A stretch of 39,369 bases of DNA from a virus. Taxonomy: Duplodnaviria > Caudoviricetes. The notes below the pieces were generated by a model. It did no database searches and was not told the origin of the DNA. It saw only the letters and a program-made list of their open reading frames with translations. The stretch is taken from the IMG/VR virus record IMGVR_UViG_3300011339_000397, positions 1 through 39,369 of that record; one strand, written 5' to 3'. This document shows positions 9,472 to 18,252 of this stretch, piece after piece; within the stretch, counting starts at the first letter, position 1, and every line of letters starts with the position of its first letter. The translations under genes and the position numbers were made by a program.

Positions 9472-12400
9472 TGGGTTGGATGGATTCACCTGAGGTATCT
9501 ACTGAAGAAGTAAGTATCACTCAGCCTGCTTGGGAAAGCTCACCTGTGGTGGAAGAAGAAGAAGAGGCTCCTGCAGTAAATACTACGGGAACTTTCTCAA
9601 ATACCTTCACCAGACCTACGGAAGAAGACCAAGCACTTCTTGATGCAACGCTGCCTAGAACCCAACCACAAACTGGTCTGACTCCTACTACTGTTTTCCA
9701 AGACCCAGAAGCCATGCAGAGTATACGAAAGTATATGACCCGTCTGCAAGGTAAGAGTGCTGATGTGTCTGATGAAGAGATGGTTGATGACTTCTTGTCT
9801 CATAGTCGTAAGTTTGCAGCAGGACAATCTGTTGTAACTCTTGGTGAATTGTTCTCTTTGCAGAAAGCAGATGAAGAAACCTTGGCAATCGCCGCAGATG
9901 CCTATGATACCTTTGATAGGTTCGAGGGTGTATTCAGTGATGATTACACTTGGGGTGAGACGTTTGAAGGTTTGGGTAGCTATGCTCGTGCTGTTATCGT
10001 TGACCCCACTAACTTGCTAGGTGTAGGTATTGGTCGTTTGATTGCTGGTGGTGGTGCTAAGGCTGGCACTATTGCACTTAGGGCTTTGGCAAAAGAAGCT
10101 GCTGAACAACAGATGAAGAAGACCTTGATTAAGAAACTGGGTGAAAAGGGTACAAATAAAGTTCTAGCTAAACAAGCTGCAGGAGAAACTCTGCTGACAA
10201 AACAGAAAGCTGCTATTGGTGCTGCCACTCAAGCTGCTAAGTTAGCAGAGAGAGATGTCCTAAGGAAGGCTGCTACCAGTTCTACTCTTAGTACTGCCCT
10301 TAAGAAACAAGCACTGAAAGAAACTGCTATTGCCACAGGTGTAGACTCTGCGGTAGCAGTGGGCATTGATGCTGCTTATCAAGAAGGTATGATGCTAACT
10401 GGGAGGCAAGAAGAGTATGACGAGGTTAGGTCTGGTCTTGTTGCACTTGGGGGTCTAGTAGGCGGCAGTTTAACATACGCCACTGCCCGTAGCTCTCGTA
10501 ACCTTAGTCGTCAGTCTGAGGGTATCGTTTCTGCTATGCAGAAGTATAACCCTATTGAAGCTCCTGCTAAAGCTGCTGCAGATAAGCTCTCTACGGGCGA
10601 AACTTTTATGAAGATCATGGAGAAGAACTTTACGGAGTTCCCTAAGAGGGTTGCTTCTGGACGTAAGTTAACGAAAGAGGGAGAGCTTATTCGTGGTGTA
10701 GACGAGCAAGAGTTCATTCGTACATTTCTTCTGGGTGATGACAGAGTAAAAACTAAAGGTATGGTTCATGCTATGCAGGAGCTAGGTGTTCAGCTTCCTT
10801 CAAGACCTCGTTATGAGGGGGACAATGTGACCTCTTTCATAGCGGACACTCTGGAGAGACTGCCTAAGAAACAACTAGCGGACTTTGATAAGTTGTTCCG
10901 TAAGCACATAGGCTCAAACCTACCGCAGTATAAAGACTTCAGCATGAAAGATATGGCTAACCTAATTAGCTATCAAACGAGTGTTGCTGGTCAACAGCTC
11001 CAAATCTTCTCAGAGGTAAAGAAAATCCTTGGTGTCGCTACTGGGGAAAAAGGAGAATTTTTAGATACTACAGTAGAGCAAGCTGTTAATGCTTTGAACC
11101 CTGCTATGGGACTTAATAGTCCTCTATTCAAGAATTTTCAAAAAGCTGCTGAAGATATGAAGGACAACCCTCGTCCTATCTCTTACTTCCAAAACCTACT
11201 GATCCAAACCATTATATCCCATCTGGGAACTACTGTACTTAACATCAAAGGTTCTGTCTTCCGTGGTGTTATGGATACAGTCTCTGATTTTGCAGAGGGT
11301 GCGCTGTACACTGGGTATGGTATGCGAGGGTTTGTCACAGGTAATATGGATGACCTTAAGAAGGGTGTAGGTATTATGAAGGCTGCTGCAAGACGCCCAT
11401 TGCAGTTGGTTCCTTCTCGTGCTACTTTAGCGGAAGCTGAAGACTACATTGCATTAAGACCTGAAGTCGAAGATGTTCTGTTCCGTTTCCGTAGTGGTGG
11501 GGTAGAGAACGCTGATATCTATAAAGCCATGAATATGGATAAGACGAGTAAGATCACACAGAAAACTGCTAAGGGTTTTGAGGCATACAAGAACTTTGCT
11601 CAGAAAGTTTATCTGACAGAGGTTCAGGATCGTTTGTTCAAGAACCTGAATATGATGTACTATCTTGATAAGAATATCGAAATCGAATTTGGTATGAGCT
11701 ACAAACAATTCCTGAAGCAACCCAATGCTGCTGAACTGATGCAGACTAATAGATATCTTGCAAGGGAATTTAAGGCTGTGGATGAGACTCTCTCTTCCGT
11801 GTTCTCTAAATCTTACAGTTCAAGAAATACTTTGTCTGACAACCCTATTGAGTTTGTAGCTACAGTCATTGAGGATATCAGAAAGATTCCTATTATTGGT
11901 GCTGCTGTACCTTTTGGTCAGTTCTTCAACAACACTGTGGACATGATGGCGGATTACAGTGGGGCTAAGCTGCTCTATCGTCTTGCTGGTCAAGGTGAAG
12001 GTAGGACTAAAGAGGCTATCATGGAGTCTACGGCAAAGTGGGCCGTTGGATTGGCTGCTATACGAGCTATGTCTGGAAGCGAGATGAACTACATTGAGGA
12101 AGGTCTTGGGGCTTTTGAGTCTAGAGATTCTGATGGTCAAGTAGTGTCTAAACAGTATGACTTCCCTGAGTCGTTCTTCAAGGGTATTGCTCGTGTTGTA
12201 GCTTACAATCGTATGGGTCGGGAAGTACCTGATGAATTGTTTCAAAACTTGACAGAAACATTTGGCCCAGAGAACTTGTTTCGTAGTGCTGGTCAGGGCG
12301 TAGAGCGTTTCAAAGAATACTTTGGTGATACCTTCGATGGGGGTGTTCTTGATGGTGCTAAGACTATTGTAGAAGCTCTTGGTGCTATTGGTGGGTCTGC

Positions 12401-13112
12401 ATGGGTCAGTGGCTTCACTCGTCCCCTTGATCCTTTAAACCAAATGGCTGGCTTCTTTAAGGAAGAGGGTGCTACCATTCTTGATCGTCGCCAAGGTTTC
12501 CGTGCGGTTAACGAGTCTGCAAGATACATTGACCAATTTCCCGGAATTAGCGAAGGGCTTATTGCACTTGGTTCAGAGGAACGTAATACCCCATCCCGTG
12601 CTGCTCCTGTAGGTGAAGTAGGAAAGGTTGTTGGCTATCGTACAGTACCTGAGCAATCCTACACCCAACGTATGATGAATGGTATCGAGCGTCAAGACTG
12701 GCAATCGGGTTTTGCAGGTTTACAAAGTACAGGTAACGCTGAGTTGGATAACCGCCTGAACTCCTTTATCTTTGATCACATCGAACCTCGTGCTGCTAGG
12801 CTACTGCTTAGCCCTAACTGGAAGAAGATGAACCTCTCGGAAAGGCAGAAGGCAACAGATAACGCTTGGAGTGAAGCTAGGAAATCTGCACGTAGGAACC
12901 TTTTGAACTCCCCTATCGCAGAGGATGCCAAGCTAGTTATGGTTGATAAAGCTATTGCCAAAGCGGGTTCTCAGAAGGCTCTCTCACGGGCTATGGACGA
13001 ATTGGGTATGTCAGGAGAAATCACTGACTATGATGCCTATCAAATCCAAGCTGTTATCGGAGAAATAGATAGGCTAGAAAAGTCTGATCTACTAGCGCCA
13101 TACAGGCAGTAA
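9471..13112 (+). CDS. Large internal virion (ejection) protein
   Basis: 1213 aa, helical, with DPTNLLGVG plus Gly/Ala hydrophobic stretches; last gene of the virion arm, the position of T7 gp16. Confidence 0.7.
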   Translation: MGWMDSPEVSTEEVSITQPAWESSPVVEEEEEAPAVNTTGTFSNTFTRPTEEDQALLDATLPRTQPQTGLTPTTVFQDPEAMQSIRKYMTRLQGKSADVSDEEMVDDFLSHSRKFAAGQSVVTLGELFSLQKADEETLAIAADAYDTFDRFEGVFSDDYTWGETFEGLGSYARAVIVDPTNLLGVGIGRLIAGGGAKAGTIALRALAKEAAEQQMKKTLIKKLGEKGTNKVLAKQAAGETLLTKQKAAIGAATQAAKLAERDVLRKAATSSTLSTALKKQALKETAIATGVDSAVAVGIDAAYQEGMMLTGRQEEYDEVRSGLVALGGLVGGSLTYATARSSRNLSRQSEGIVSAMQKYNPIEAPAKAAADKLSTGETFMKIMEKNFTEFPKRVASGRKLTKEGELIRGVDEQEFIRTFLLGDDRVKTKGMVHAMQELGVQLPSRPRYEGDNVTSFIADTLERLPKKQLADFDKLFRKHIGSNLPQYKDFSMKDMANLISYQTSVAGQQLQIFSEVKKILGVATGEKGEFLDTTVEQAVNALNPAMGLNSPLFKNFQKAAEDMKDNPRPISYFQNLLIQTIISHLGTTVLNIKGSVFRGVMDTVSDFAEGALYTGYGMRGFVTGNMDDLKKGVGIMKAAARRPLQLVPSRATLAEAEDYIALRPEVEDVLFRFRSGGVENADIYKAMNMDKTSKITQKTAKGFEAYKNFAQKVYLTEVQDRLFKNLNMMYYLDKNIEIEFGMSYKQFLKQPNAAELMQTNRYLAREFKAVDETLSSVFSKSYSSRNTLSDNPIEFVATVIEDIRKIPIIGAAVPFGQFFNNTVDMMADYSGAKLLYRLAGQGEGRTKEAIMESTAKWAVGLAAIRAMSGSEMNYIEEGLGAFESRDSDGQVVSKQYDFPESFFKGIARVVAYNRMGREVPDELFQNLTETFGPENLFRSAGQGVERFKEYFGDTFDGGVLDGAKTIVEALGAIGGSAWVSGFTRPLDPLNQMAGFFKEEGATILDRRQGFRAVNESARYIDQFPGISEGLIALGSEERNTPSRAAPVGEVGKVVGYRTVPEQSYTQRMMNGIERQDWQSGFAGLQSTGNAELDNRLNSFIFDHIEPRAARLLLSPNWKKMNLSERQKATDNAWSEARKSARRNLLNSPIAEDAKLVMVDKAIAKAGSQKALSRAMDELGMSGEITDYDAYQIQAVIGEIDRLEKSDLLAPYRQ

Positions 13113-13150
13113 ACAAAAAGAGAGGGAGCCGAAAGGCTCCCTTTAAGTTT
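13113..13150. terminator. Bidirectional rho-independent terminator
   Basis: Stem AGGGAGCC-GAAA-GGCTCCCT (13123-13142), A-rich on the left and T-rich on the right, exactly where the two arms converge. Confidence 0.9.
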
Positions 13151-13172
13151 TACAGTATGGGTGTTCTTGTTG

Positions 13173-13421
13173 TTAGTCTTCAAGCATAAAGTCGGCCCAG
13201 TCCTCTGCCTCACGCTTGATCTCATCCCTACGTACCAGACCCGTAGACCTAGACAGTAGGGCATTCATTGCCATCCCCATTAAGTAGATACGGGATGTCA
13301 TAGGTTTAGGTGGCCCACCAAACTTCTTCTTAGCAGTGAACTGCTTGGCTTCTTCTTCGAGGGGCATCACAGTTGGTTCAACTGGTTTCTCTTTAGGTTT
13401 GATCAGTGTTGTTTTCTTCAT
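13173..13421 (-). CDS. Hypothetical protein
   Basis: Start moved to ATG 13421 after a GAGGA RBS; motif YL.GMAMNALL...A...AD.ML is common in small phage proteins. Confidence 0.65.
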   Translation of the reverse strand: MKKTTLIKPKEKPVEPTVMPLEEEAKQFTAKKKFGGPPKPMTSRIYLMGMAMNALLSRSTGLVRRDEIKREAEDWADFMLED

Positions 13422-13671
13422 TATCAACTTCCTCAACTAATCTTGCCAGATACCACTGCGCTTTCTTCAAGTCTTCTAGGCCATTCTTGTATCGCCAACG
13501 ATGCAGATACTTTGCGACATTGCCCCGTAGATACCCAACATATTCATCATACGTCAGGAAGTCCGCAATGTAATCAATACACTCAATGTTACCCTGACCA
13601 TAGTGCTTTGGGTGGTTTACATTGTCTGTCTGTGCTTCTTCTTCATCAGTTTGAAAATGCCACTTAGCCAT
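13393..13671 (-). CDS. DUF3310 / T7 gp1.7-like nucleotide kinase
   Basis: DNVNHPKHY...IECID...GYLRGN..KY..R...KNGLEDLKKAQWYL signature. Confidence 0.85.
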   Translation of the reverse strand: MAKWHFQTDEEEAQTDNVNHPKHYGQGNIECIDYIADFLTYDEYVGYLRGNVAKYLHRWRYKNGLEDLKKAQWYLARLVEEVDNEENNTDQT

Positions 13672-14111
13672 TATAGCTTCTCCTCTTCGTATCTGTTTAG
13701 GTATTTTATCGCCTCTTTAAGAAGCTCTATATTATCTTTTAGGTTCCCTATACCTGCATTACAATGGTGACACAGAAGACCCCGTACTTTACCTGTATTA
13801 TGACAGTGGTCAACTGCAAGGTGTTTTAGAAAACCATTAGTAGAAAAAGCTTTTTCTGGTTCCTTGCAAATTGCACAAACCCCTTTCTGTTCCCCTAAAA
13901 GCTTTTCATAAGCCTCTATTGTTAGACCAAAGTTCCTCCAAAGCTTATCTCTACGGTTTTGTAAACGAACTACTTCTGTCTTTTGTAGTATACTCTGCGC
14001 TTTATTCCCACACTCTTTACACCTAGAGACGTATCCGTGTTTCCTTGAGGACCTTTTCCAAAATTCTGTTAACTCTTTTGTTTCCTTACACCCAGAGCAG
14101 ACTTTACTCAT
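13671..14111 (-). CDS. Endonuclease VII-family (HNH-like) putative homing endonuclease
   Basis: N-terminal CxxC...C.xC zinc module; Q.G.CAIC...LAVDHCH.TGKVRGLLC..CN..IG..KD signature; AT-rich. Confidence 0.85.
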   Translation of the reverse strand: MSKVCSGCKETKELTEFWKRSSRKHGYVSRCKECGNKAQSILQKTEVVRLQNRRDKLWRNFGLTIEAYEKLLGEQKGVCAICKEPEKAFSTNGFLKHLAVDHCHNTGKVRGLLCHHCNAGIGNLKDNIELLKEAIKYLNRYEEEKL

Positions 14112-14812
14112 AAACCACTAGCCTCGAATGCAATAATCCACTGCTTACAGATATCACTACGAACAATATCATCAACACCAAACTCAATGGTTGGGATATC
14201 CATGTTGTACTTCTTAGCTAGATGCAGAATCTTACTAAGACCACTCTGTTGATTGATGTCACTCTGTTTGATATCACCATTGATAACAATAGTACACTCT
14301 TTACCTACTCGAGTCAATAGCATTTTCATCTCATGTATCGTAAGGTTCTGTGCCTCATCCACAATAATGAAAGACTTGTTGAAGCTACGTCCACGCATGA
14401 CAGACAGGGGAACCATCTGAATATTGCCAGCTTTCATCCCCGTCTCTACCACATTCTTACCTAGCTGTTGTTCCAGTACGTCTAGCACGGGCATGATCCA
14501 CGGGGTGTACTTCTCTTCGAGAGTTCCGGGAAGATACCCAAGGTCTTTACCTACAGCGATGTTAGGTCGAGTGATGATGATACGGTCAATCTTTCGATTA
14601 GCATACAGATTAGCTGCATGAGATGCGGCGATGAAGGTTTTCCCTGTGCCACTAAAGCCAGTCACAATGATCTGGTTATGTGTTTGTAATGCAGAGATAT
14701 ACCGCTGCTGTGTATCATTCATGGCCACAAGCTTTACAGTGCGGACAGCAGCTTCCTCTGGTGCATTCTTGTAGCGACTCACTCGTTTGCCCTTAGGCTT
14801 ACCCTCATCCAT
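14108..14812 (-). CDS. phoH: PhoH-family ATPase
   Basis: Walker A GFSGTGKT, ITRP, LGYLPG, MRGRSF, DEAQN, LLTRVG, GD..QSD, DIVRS. Confidence 0.95.
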   Translation of the reverse strand: MDEGKPKGKRVSRYKNAPEEAAVRTVKLVAMNDTQQRYISALQTHNQIIVTGFSGTGKTFIAASHAANLYANRKIDRIIITRPNIAVGKDLGYLPGTLEEKYTPWIMPVLDVLEQQLGKNVVETGMKAGNIQMVPLSVMRGRSFNKSFIIVDEAQNLTIHEMKMLLTRVGKECTIVINGDIKQSDINQQSGLSKILHLAKKYNMDIPTIEFGVDDIVRSDICKQWIIAFEASGL

Positions 14813-15035
14813 CAGCTAGTTCCTTAAACTTCTCTTCTAGCTCCAAGTATCCACCAATGACTTCTGTGTGTTGAATAACAAGTGGAACCTTTCGGTATCC
14901 GCCCTTCAACATAATAGCCACTACCCAAGTATTCTCAGTGCAGTCGATGTACTGATACTCTCGCCCCTTCTCTGTGAGTAGCTGCTTAGCCTTGTCACAC
15001 CAGTGGCAGTCAGGTCTTCCAATAATTGTGTACAC
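14805..15035 (-). CDS. Glutaredoxin
   Basis: CHWC active site, KVP, IGGY.EL; GTG start after AAGGAG; adjacent to RNR. Confidence 0.9.
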   Translation of the reverse strand: MYTIIGRPDCHWCDKAKQLLTEKGREYQYIDCTENTWVVAIMLKGGYRKVPLVIQHTEVIGGYLELEEKFKELADG

Positions 15036-15057
15036 GTTAACTCCTTGTTATGTTCTA

Positions 15058-15190
15058 GAGGTAGGACGAGGGGCGCTATAACCCTAGGCCAGACAAGTAC
15101 AATAAGCACTAGCTGTGACCCATCCCAATTCCCTTGTGGTTGATCAATCCCACTCACTGTGTAACATCCACAGTTTAGGCCGAAGCCTAG
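15058..15190 (-). ncRNA. Candidate structured RNA (three hairpins plus a three-way junction)
   Basis: Intergenic. Contains TAGGC-TTCG-GCCTA, ACTGTG/CACAGT, GTGG/CCAC, and a junction of GGGATG/CGTCCT, GGTCA/TGGCC and AGGG/CCCT. Several G-U pairs work only on the - strand. Confidence 0.35.
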
Positions 15191-15205
15191 GTCAGACTCT
15201 TCTTT

Positions 15206-16099
15206 TTAAGCTAGGTCGACAATTTCGCAAGAGCCTACGCAAGCCATCGTCTGTGATCCAGATGTGTTGTCTTCCTGTTCATAGTCTGCAAGCTTAGCCC
15301 AGTCAATAGCTACTGGCATAACAGACAGCAGGTTATCATACTCTGACTTACCGACCTCTTGATATGGAGCTTGTTGGTAGGTATGTTCATTGTATGGCAA
15401 GAAGGATACGCCAGACATTTCATCAAAGTGCTTGTAGACAAAAGCACCTACCTCAACCCACTCATGCCCTCTGACGTTAATAGTAACAGAAGGCTTATGC
15501 TCACACCAACTACGTTGATAGGCCAACCACATCTCTAGCTGGTCAATAGCACTAAGGTCAGCCGTAACCACTGCACCCGTAGGAGCCTTCATTGGGAAGC
15601 TGAACACGGTGGTCTGTGTAGGCTTCATCACATCAGGTTCAGACGGGATACCCTGATCCTTCATAAACTGTGTCAGAGGGTCTTTGTTATCGCCACGAAC
15701 AGTGCGTATATAATAGGTTGAGTGACGAGCATGAATGCCGCTAGCAGAATCAACAAGCTGGGAGACAGTGCCAGAAGGTTTGACACACGTGATAGCAGCA
15801 GCAACAGGGATGCCAAGGAGTTCAGCCCACTCAGCATTAGTAGTAATTGCAACATTCTTTAGATGCTCCAATGTTTTATCTAGACCAGCATTCTTTGTAG
15901 TCATCAGTGGGTTGTCCATGATCCCCGTCAGTGACACACCAAGCAGACGTTCTTCTTCTGTATTGGTTTGCCAAATCTTACGCAGGTAGGGGAACTTGGT
16001 GTAGGTCGATTGGATAGTACCTAAGATGGTAGCAAGGCGAACCTTCTCTTCCAGTGTCTTGATAGTATCAGTAGCACGTACTACAACTTCCGTTAGATT
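15206..16099 (-). CDS. nrdJ: Class II (B12-dependent) ribonucleotide reductase, exon 2
   Basis: Begins NLTEV...; contains R.LGVSLTG, TCVKPSGT.SQL, SGIH, W.EHKPS.T and C-terminal ACVGSCEI. Confidence 0.92.
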   Translation of the reverse strand, partial: NLTEVVVRATDTIKTLEEKVRLATILGTIQSTYTKFPYLRKIWQTNTEEERLLGVSLTGIMDNPLMTTKNAGLDKTLEHLKNVAITTNAEWAELLGIPVAAAITCVKPSGTVSQLVDSASGIHARHSTYYIRTVRGDNKDPLTQFMKDQGIPSEPDVMKPTQTTVFSFPMKAPTGAVVTADLSAIDQLEMWLAYQRSWCEHKPSVTINVRGHEWVEVGAFVYKHFDEMSGVSFLPYNEHTYQQAPYQEVGKSEYDNLLSVMPVAIDWAKLADYEQEDNTSGSQTMACVGSCEIVDLA

Positions 16100-16581
16100 C
16101 ATTTATGTTCACTGGGTTTCGTAACTTCCCCAGCGGTGTTGACGTAAGTTTTCTGTACCCATTCACTGAACTTGAGGAGTTGTTCTTTGTTAGCAGAACT
16201 CTTCATCATATTAGCTAGGTGACTTATGACAAGTATGTTACCCTTAATGTAACCTTTGCCATTATCCACCCTATCTAGTGCTGGGGAGTTATCTCTTCCA
16301 CCTGAAGTACCTTGATGGGTACTTAGTGGTATCCCTAGTACAGGACAGTGGGTAGGTATCTTAATATCTTCTTTGTCAAGATTAAACTCAAGACCACTTT
16401 TTGCTGCTCGTGACTTAGCTCTTCTGTACATACGTACTTCTGGGCTTTGTTCTTTAACCCTATTAGAGTTACAAGGGCCACACAGTGTAACTGTCTTGCT
16501 GTTATTCTGAAAGATTGAACCGCACTTGGTACATTCTCTGCTCGACTCCGAAACTAGATAACCTTCTCTATTCCTTATCAT
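16099..16581 (-). CDS. Intron-encoded HNH-family homing endonuclease
   Basis: CxxC..CxxC N-terminus; AK.RA...F.L..EDI.IP..CPVLG...SP.LDR.....GY.KGN..VIS..AN..K; GGAG RBS. Confidence 0.88.
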   Translation of the reverse strand: MIRNREGYLVSESSRECTKCGSIFQNNSKTVTLCGPCNSNRVKEQSPEVRMYRRAKSRAAKSGLEFNLDKEDIKIPTHCPVLGIPLSTHQGTSGGRDNSPALDRVDNGKGYIKGNILVISHLANMMKSSANKEQLLKFSEWVQKTYVNTAGEVTKPSEHK

Positions 16582-16864
16582 ACCGTCTCCAATTCTGTAA
16601 CTTTGATAGTTATACCAGAAAAGAAACTTTTGTCAACACTCCTGTAAGTTTCCCTACAGATCAGACTATATCATCACCCTATTATTACTAGGGGCAAGGC
16701 ACTTCCACCTACTTAGGTGTATAGACATTATTGACTGTTCTAGTCTCTCGTCCTAGTCGTTGAACCTTCCACATCATCCCTGATGGGCTTGGCTGCTGAT
16801 TACCATATGCTATGCACTTAGGCTTCCCAGCAATTCACCTTGTTTTACTTCTGCTATCTTCTTA
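16100..16864 (-). mobile_element. Group I intron (IA2-like), 765 nt, in nrdJ
   Basis: 5' exon ends in U (TTCTGT) and pairs with GCAGAA (P1, U-G at the splice site). P=GAATTGCTGGGAA (16824-16836), Q=AATCAGCAG (16793-16801), R=GTTCAACGACTAG (16753-16765), S=GATATAGTC (16664-16672), P9 with GAAA loop, terminal G at 16100. Splicing restores ...PYQFC|NLTEV. Confidence 0.95.
16609..16636 (-). promoter_or_regulatory. Intron-internal sigma70-like promoter for the HNH gene
   Basis: TTGACA-N16-TATAAC with TGn extended -10, 27 nt upstream of the HNH ATG. Confidence 0.6.
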
Positions 16865-17887
16865 ACAGAACTGGTAGGGACGCAGGATAATCTCGGAACA
16901 TGGGTTAGTGCCAAACTCATAGTCAGTCTTGCGGCGACCATTCTTTGCTGCCTGCTTCTTGGATGCCTGACGATTGAAGATACCACGTTCACCAGAACCA
17001 GACTCCATCAGAGCAAGCCACTCACGCATGAAGCTAGTAGCATCTGGCTTCTCGGTGTAGCTCACAGAGTTGTTAGCCAGACCACGCTGAGGGTTATTCT
17101 CCCACCAGTTACCAGACTTAGCATAACGCATACGATCATCTGACAAATTAGATAGAGAAATCATAGCACTACGACGAACACCACCAACTACAACCACTTC
17201 ACCAATCTTACACATAATGTCATGGCATTCGATAGACGACAGCTTACGTCCCTTGGCTTCCTTGAACTTACTAATAACAAACTGGAACAGATCAACCAGT
17301 GGCGCTGGGCCTGATGCACGACCACCAAAGGTCTTCAACTTAGCACCAGCAGGACGAACCAGAGACACGTCCCACTTAGGGATTTCACCAGAGTACAGCA
17401 GTGCGATAACCTGACGCAGTGCCTTAGCCCAACCCTCTTTGCTATCCTTAACAACAACAGTAGTCTCGGACTGGTACATATTCTCTGGTACTTCTGGCAG
17501 CTTGCTGATGAACTGACGCTCTACAGAGAAGCCAACACCAGTGCCACACAGCAGGATAAACATGGCTTCATCAAAAGCCTTAGGGTCATCAACAGGCATA
17601 TACGAACAGTTATATCCCGCAGTGTTATCACGCTCTAGCGCAGGGCCAGCAGTCATAACAGCCCGCATGGAAGGCATAACGTCTAGGCTAAGGATAGCCT
17701 GTTCAATAGCAATAGCCTCACCACCTACGTGGTTAATGCTTGCAAGGAGTTTATTGACTACGTTATCCATGTAGCGAGAGACAGTCTCACCCCAGTTCTC
17801 ACGGCGACCTTCTTCCTCAAGCCAACGGGCATAGCGTGAAGTTGCAATGAATGCTTGATAGTCTGTAGGTAGGTAGTTACTTCCCAT
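16865..17887 (-). CDS. nrdJ: Class II (B12-dependent) ribonucleotide reductase, exon 1
   Basis: Start MGSNY at 17887 after GAGG; YARW, PSMR, YNCS, GTGVGFS, GGVRRSA, TNPCSE (thiyl Cys). Spliced product is 638 aa. Confidence 0.93.
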
Positions 17888-18077
17888 TAGTACCTCGTCT
17901 TTCTTTATCAAATTCCAACCAGATCAGCGTATCAATATCACAGCGGTTGATACCAATATCCTGTAGCGTCTTATCATCCATAGCATTAAGCTCTTTGATG
18001 ATCCTACGATGCGCCCGCCAAGTATGCACAAAGCGTAGAAAACGCATGATCCAAGTCTCTAGTAATTTCTTTTTCAT
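17877..18077 (-). CDS. DUF1127 (YjiS-like) small protein
   Basis: 66 aa from ATG 18077 (AAGGGG RBS); W...RR...EL..MDD..L.DIGI.R.DI matches the DUF1127 signature. Confidence 0.8.
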   Translation of the reverse strand: MKKKLLETWIMRFLRFVHTWRAHRRIIKELNAMDDKTLQDIGINRCDIDTLIWLEFDKERRGTNGK

Positions 18078-18087
18078 TCTGACCCCT

Positions 18088-18252
18088 TTAGTCAATGATG
18101 ATTGCAACACGATGTGCCTGCACGATTATTCGATTAGGAGTTACCTCAGCCTTCTTAGCTAAAGGATTCTGTATATCCCACTCGACCAGCACTACAGGCA
18201 CACTCTTGTCTTTAATTTTCTCAAGCTTGCAGATTAGCTCTTCGACTGTCAT
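18088..18252 (-). CDS. Small hypothetical protein (54 aa, not in ORF track)
   Basis: MTVEELICKLEKIKDKSVPVV...; ATGA overlap with the upstream gene; fills the gap exactly. Confidence 0.7.
   Translation of the reverse strand: MTVEELICKLEKIKDKSVPVVLVEWDIQNPLAKKAEVTPNRIIVQAHRVAIIID

Noticed and set aside
15176-15189. UUCG hairpin as a terminator after nrdJ
   Set aside because: No U-tract follows on the - strand; kept only as part of the structured-RNA candidate.
15206-16102. nrdJ C-terminal half as an independent gene starting at ATG 16102
   Set aside because: The ATG is the last three intron bases (terminal G), has no RBS, and splicing explains the split.
18078-18252. Cobalamin riboswitch or leader RNA upstream of nrdJ
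   Set aside because: The space is filled by a coupled 54-aa ORF, and I saw no B12-box.
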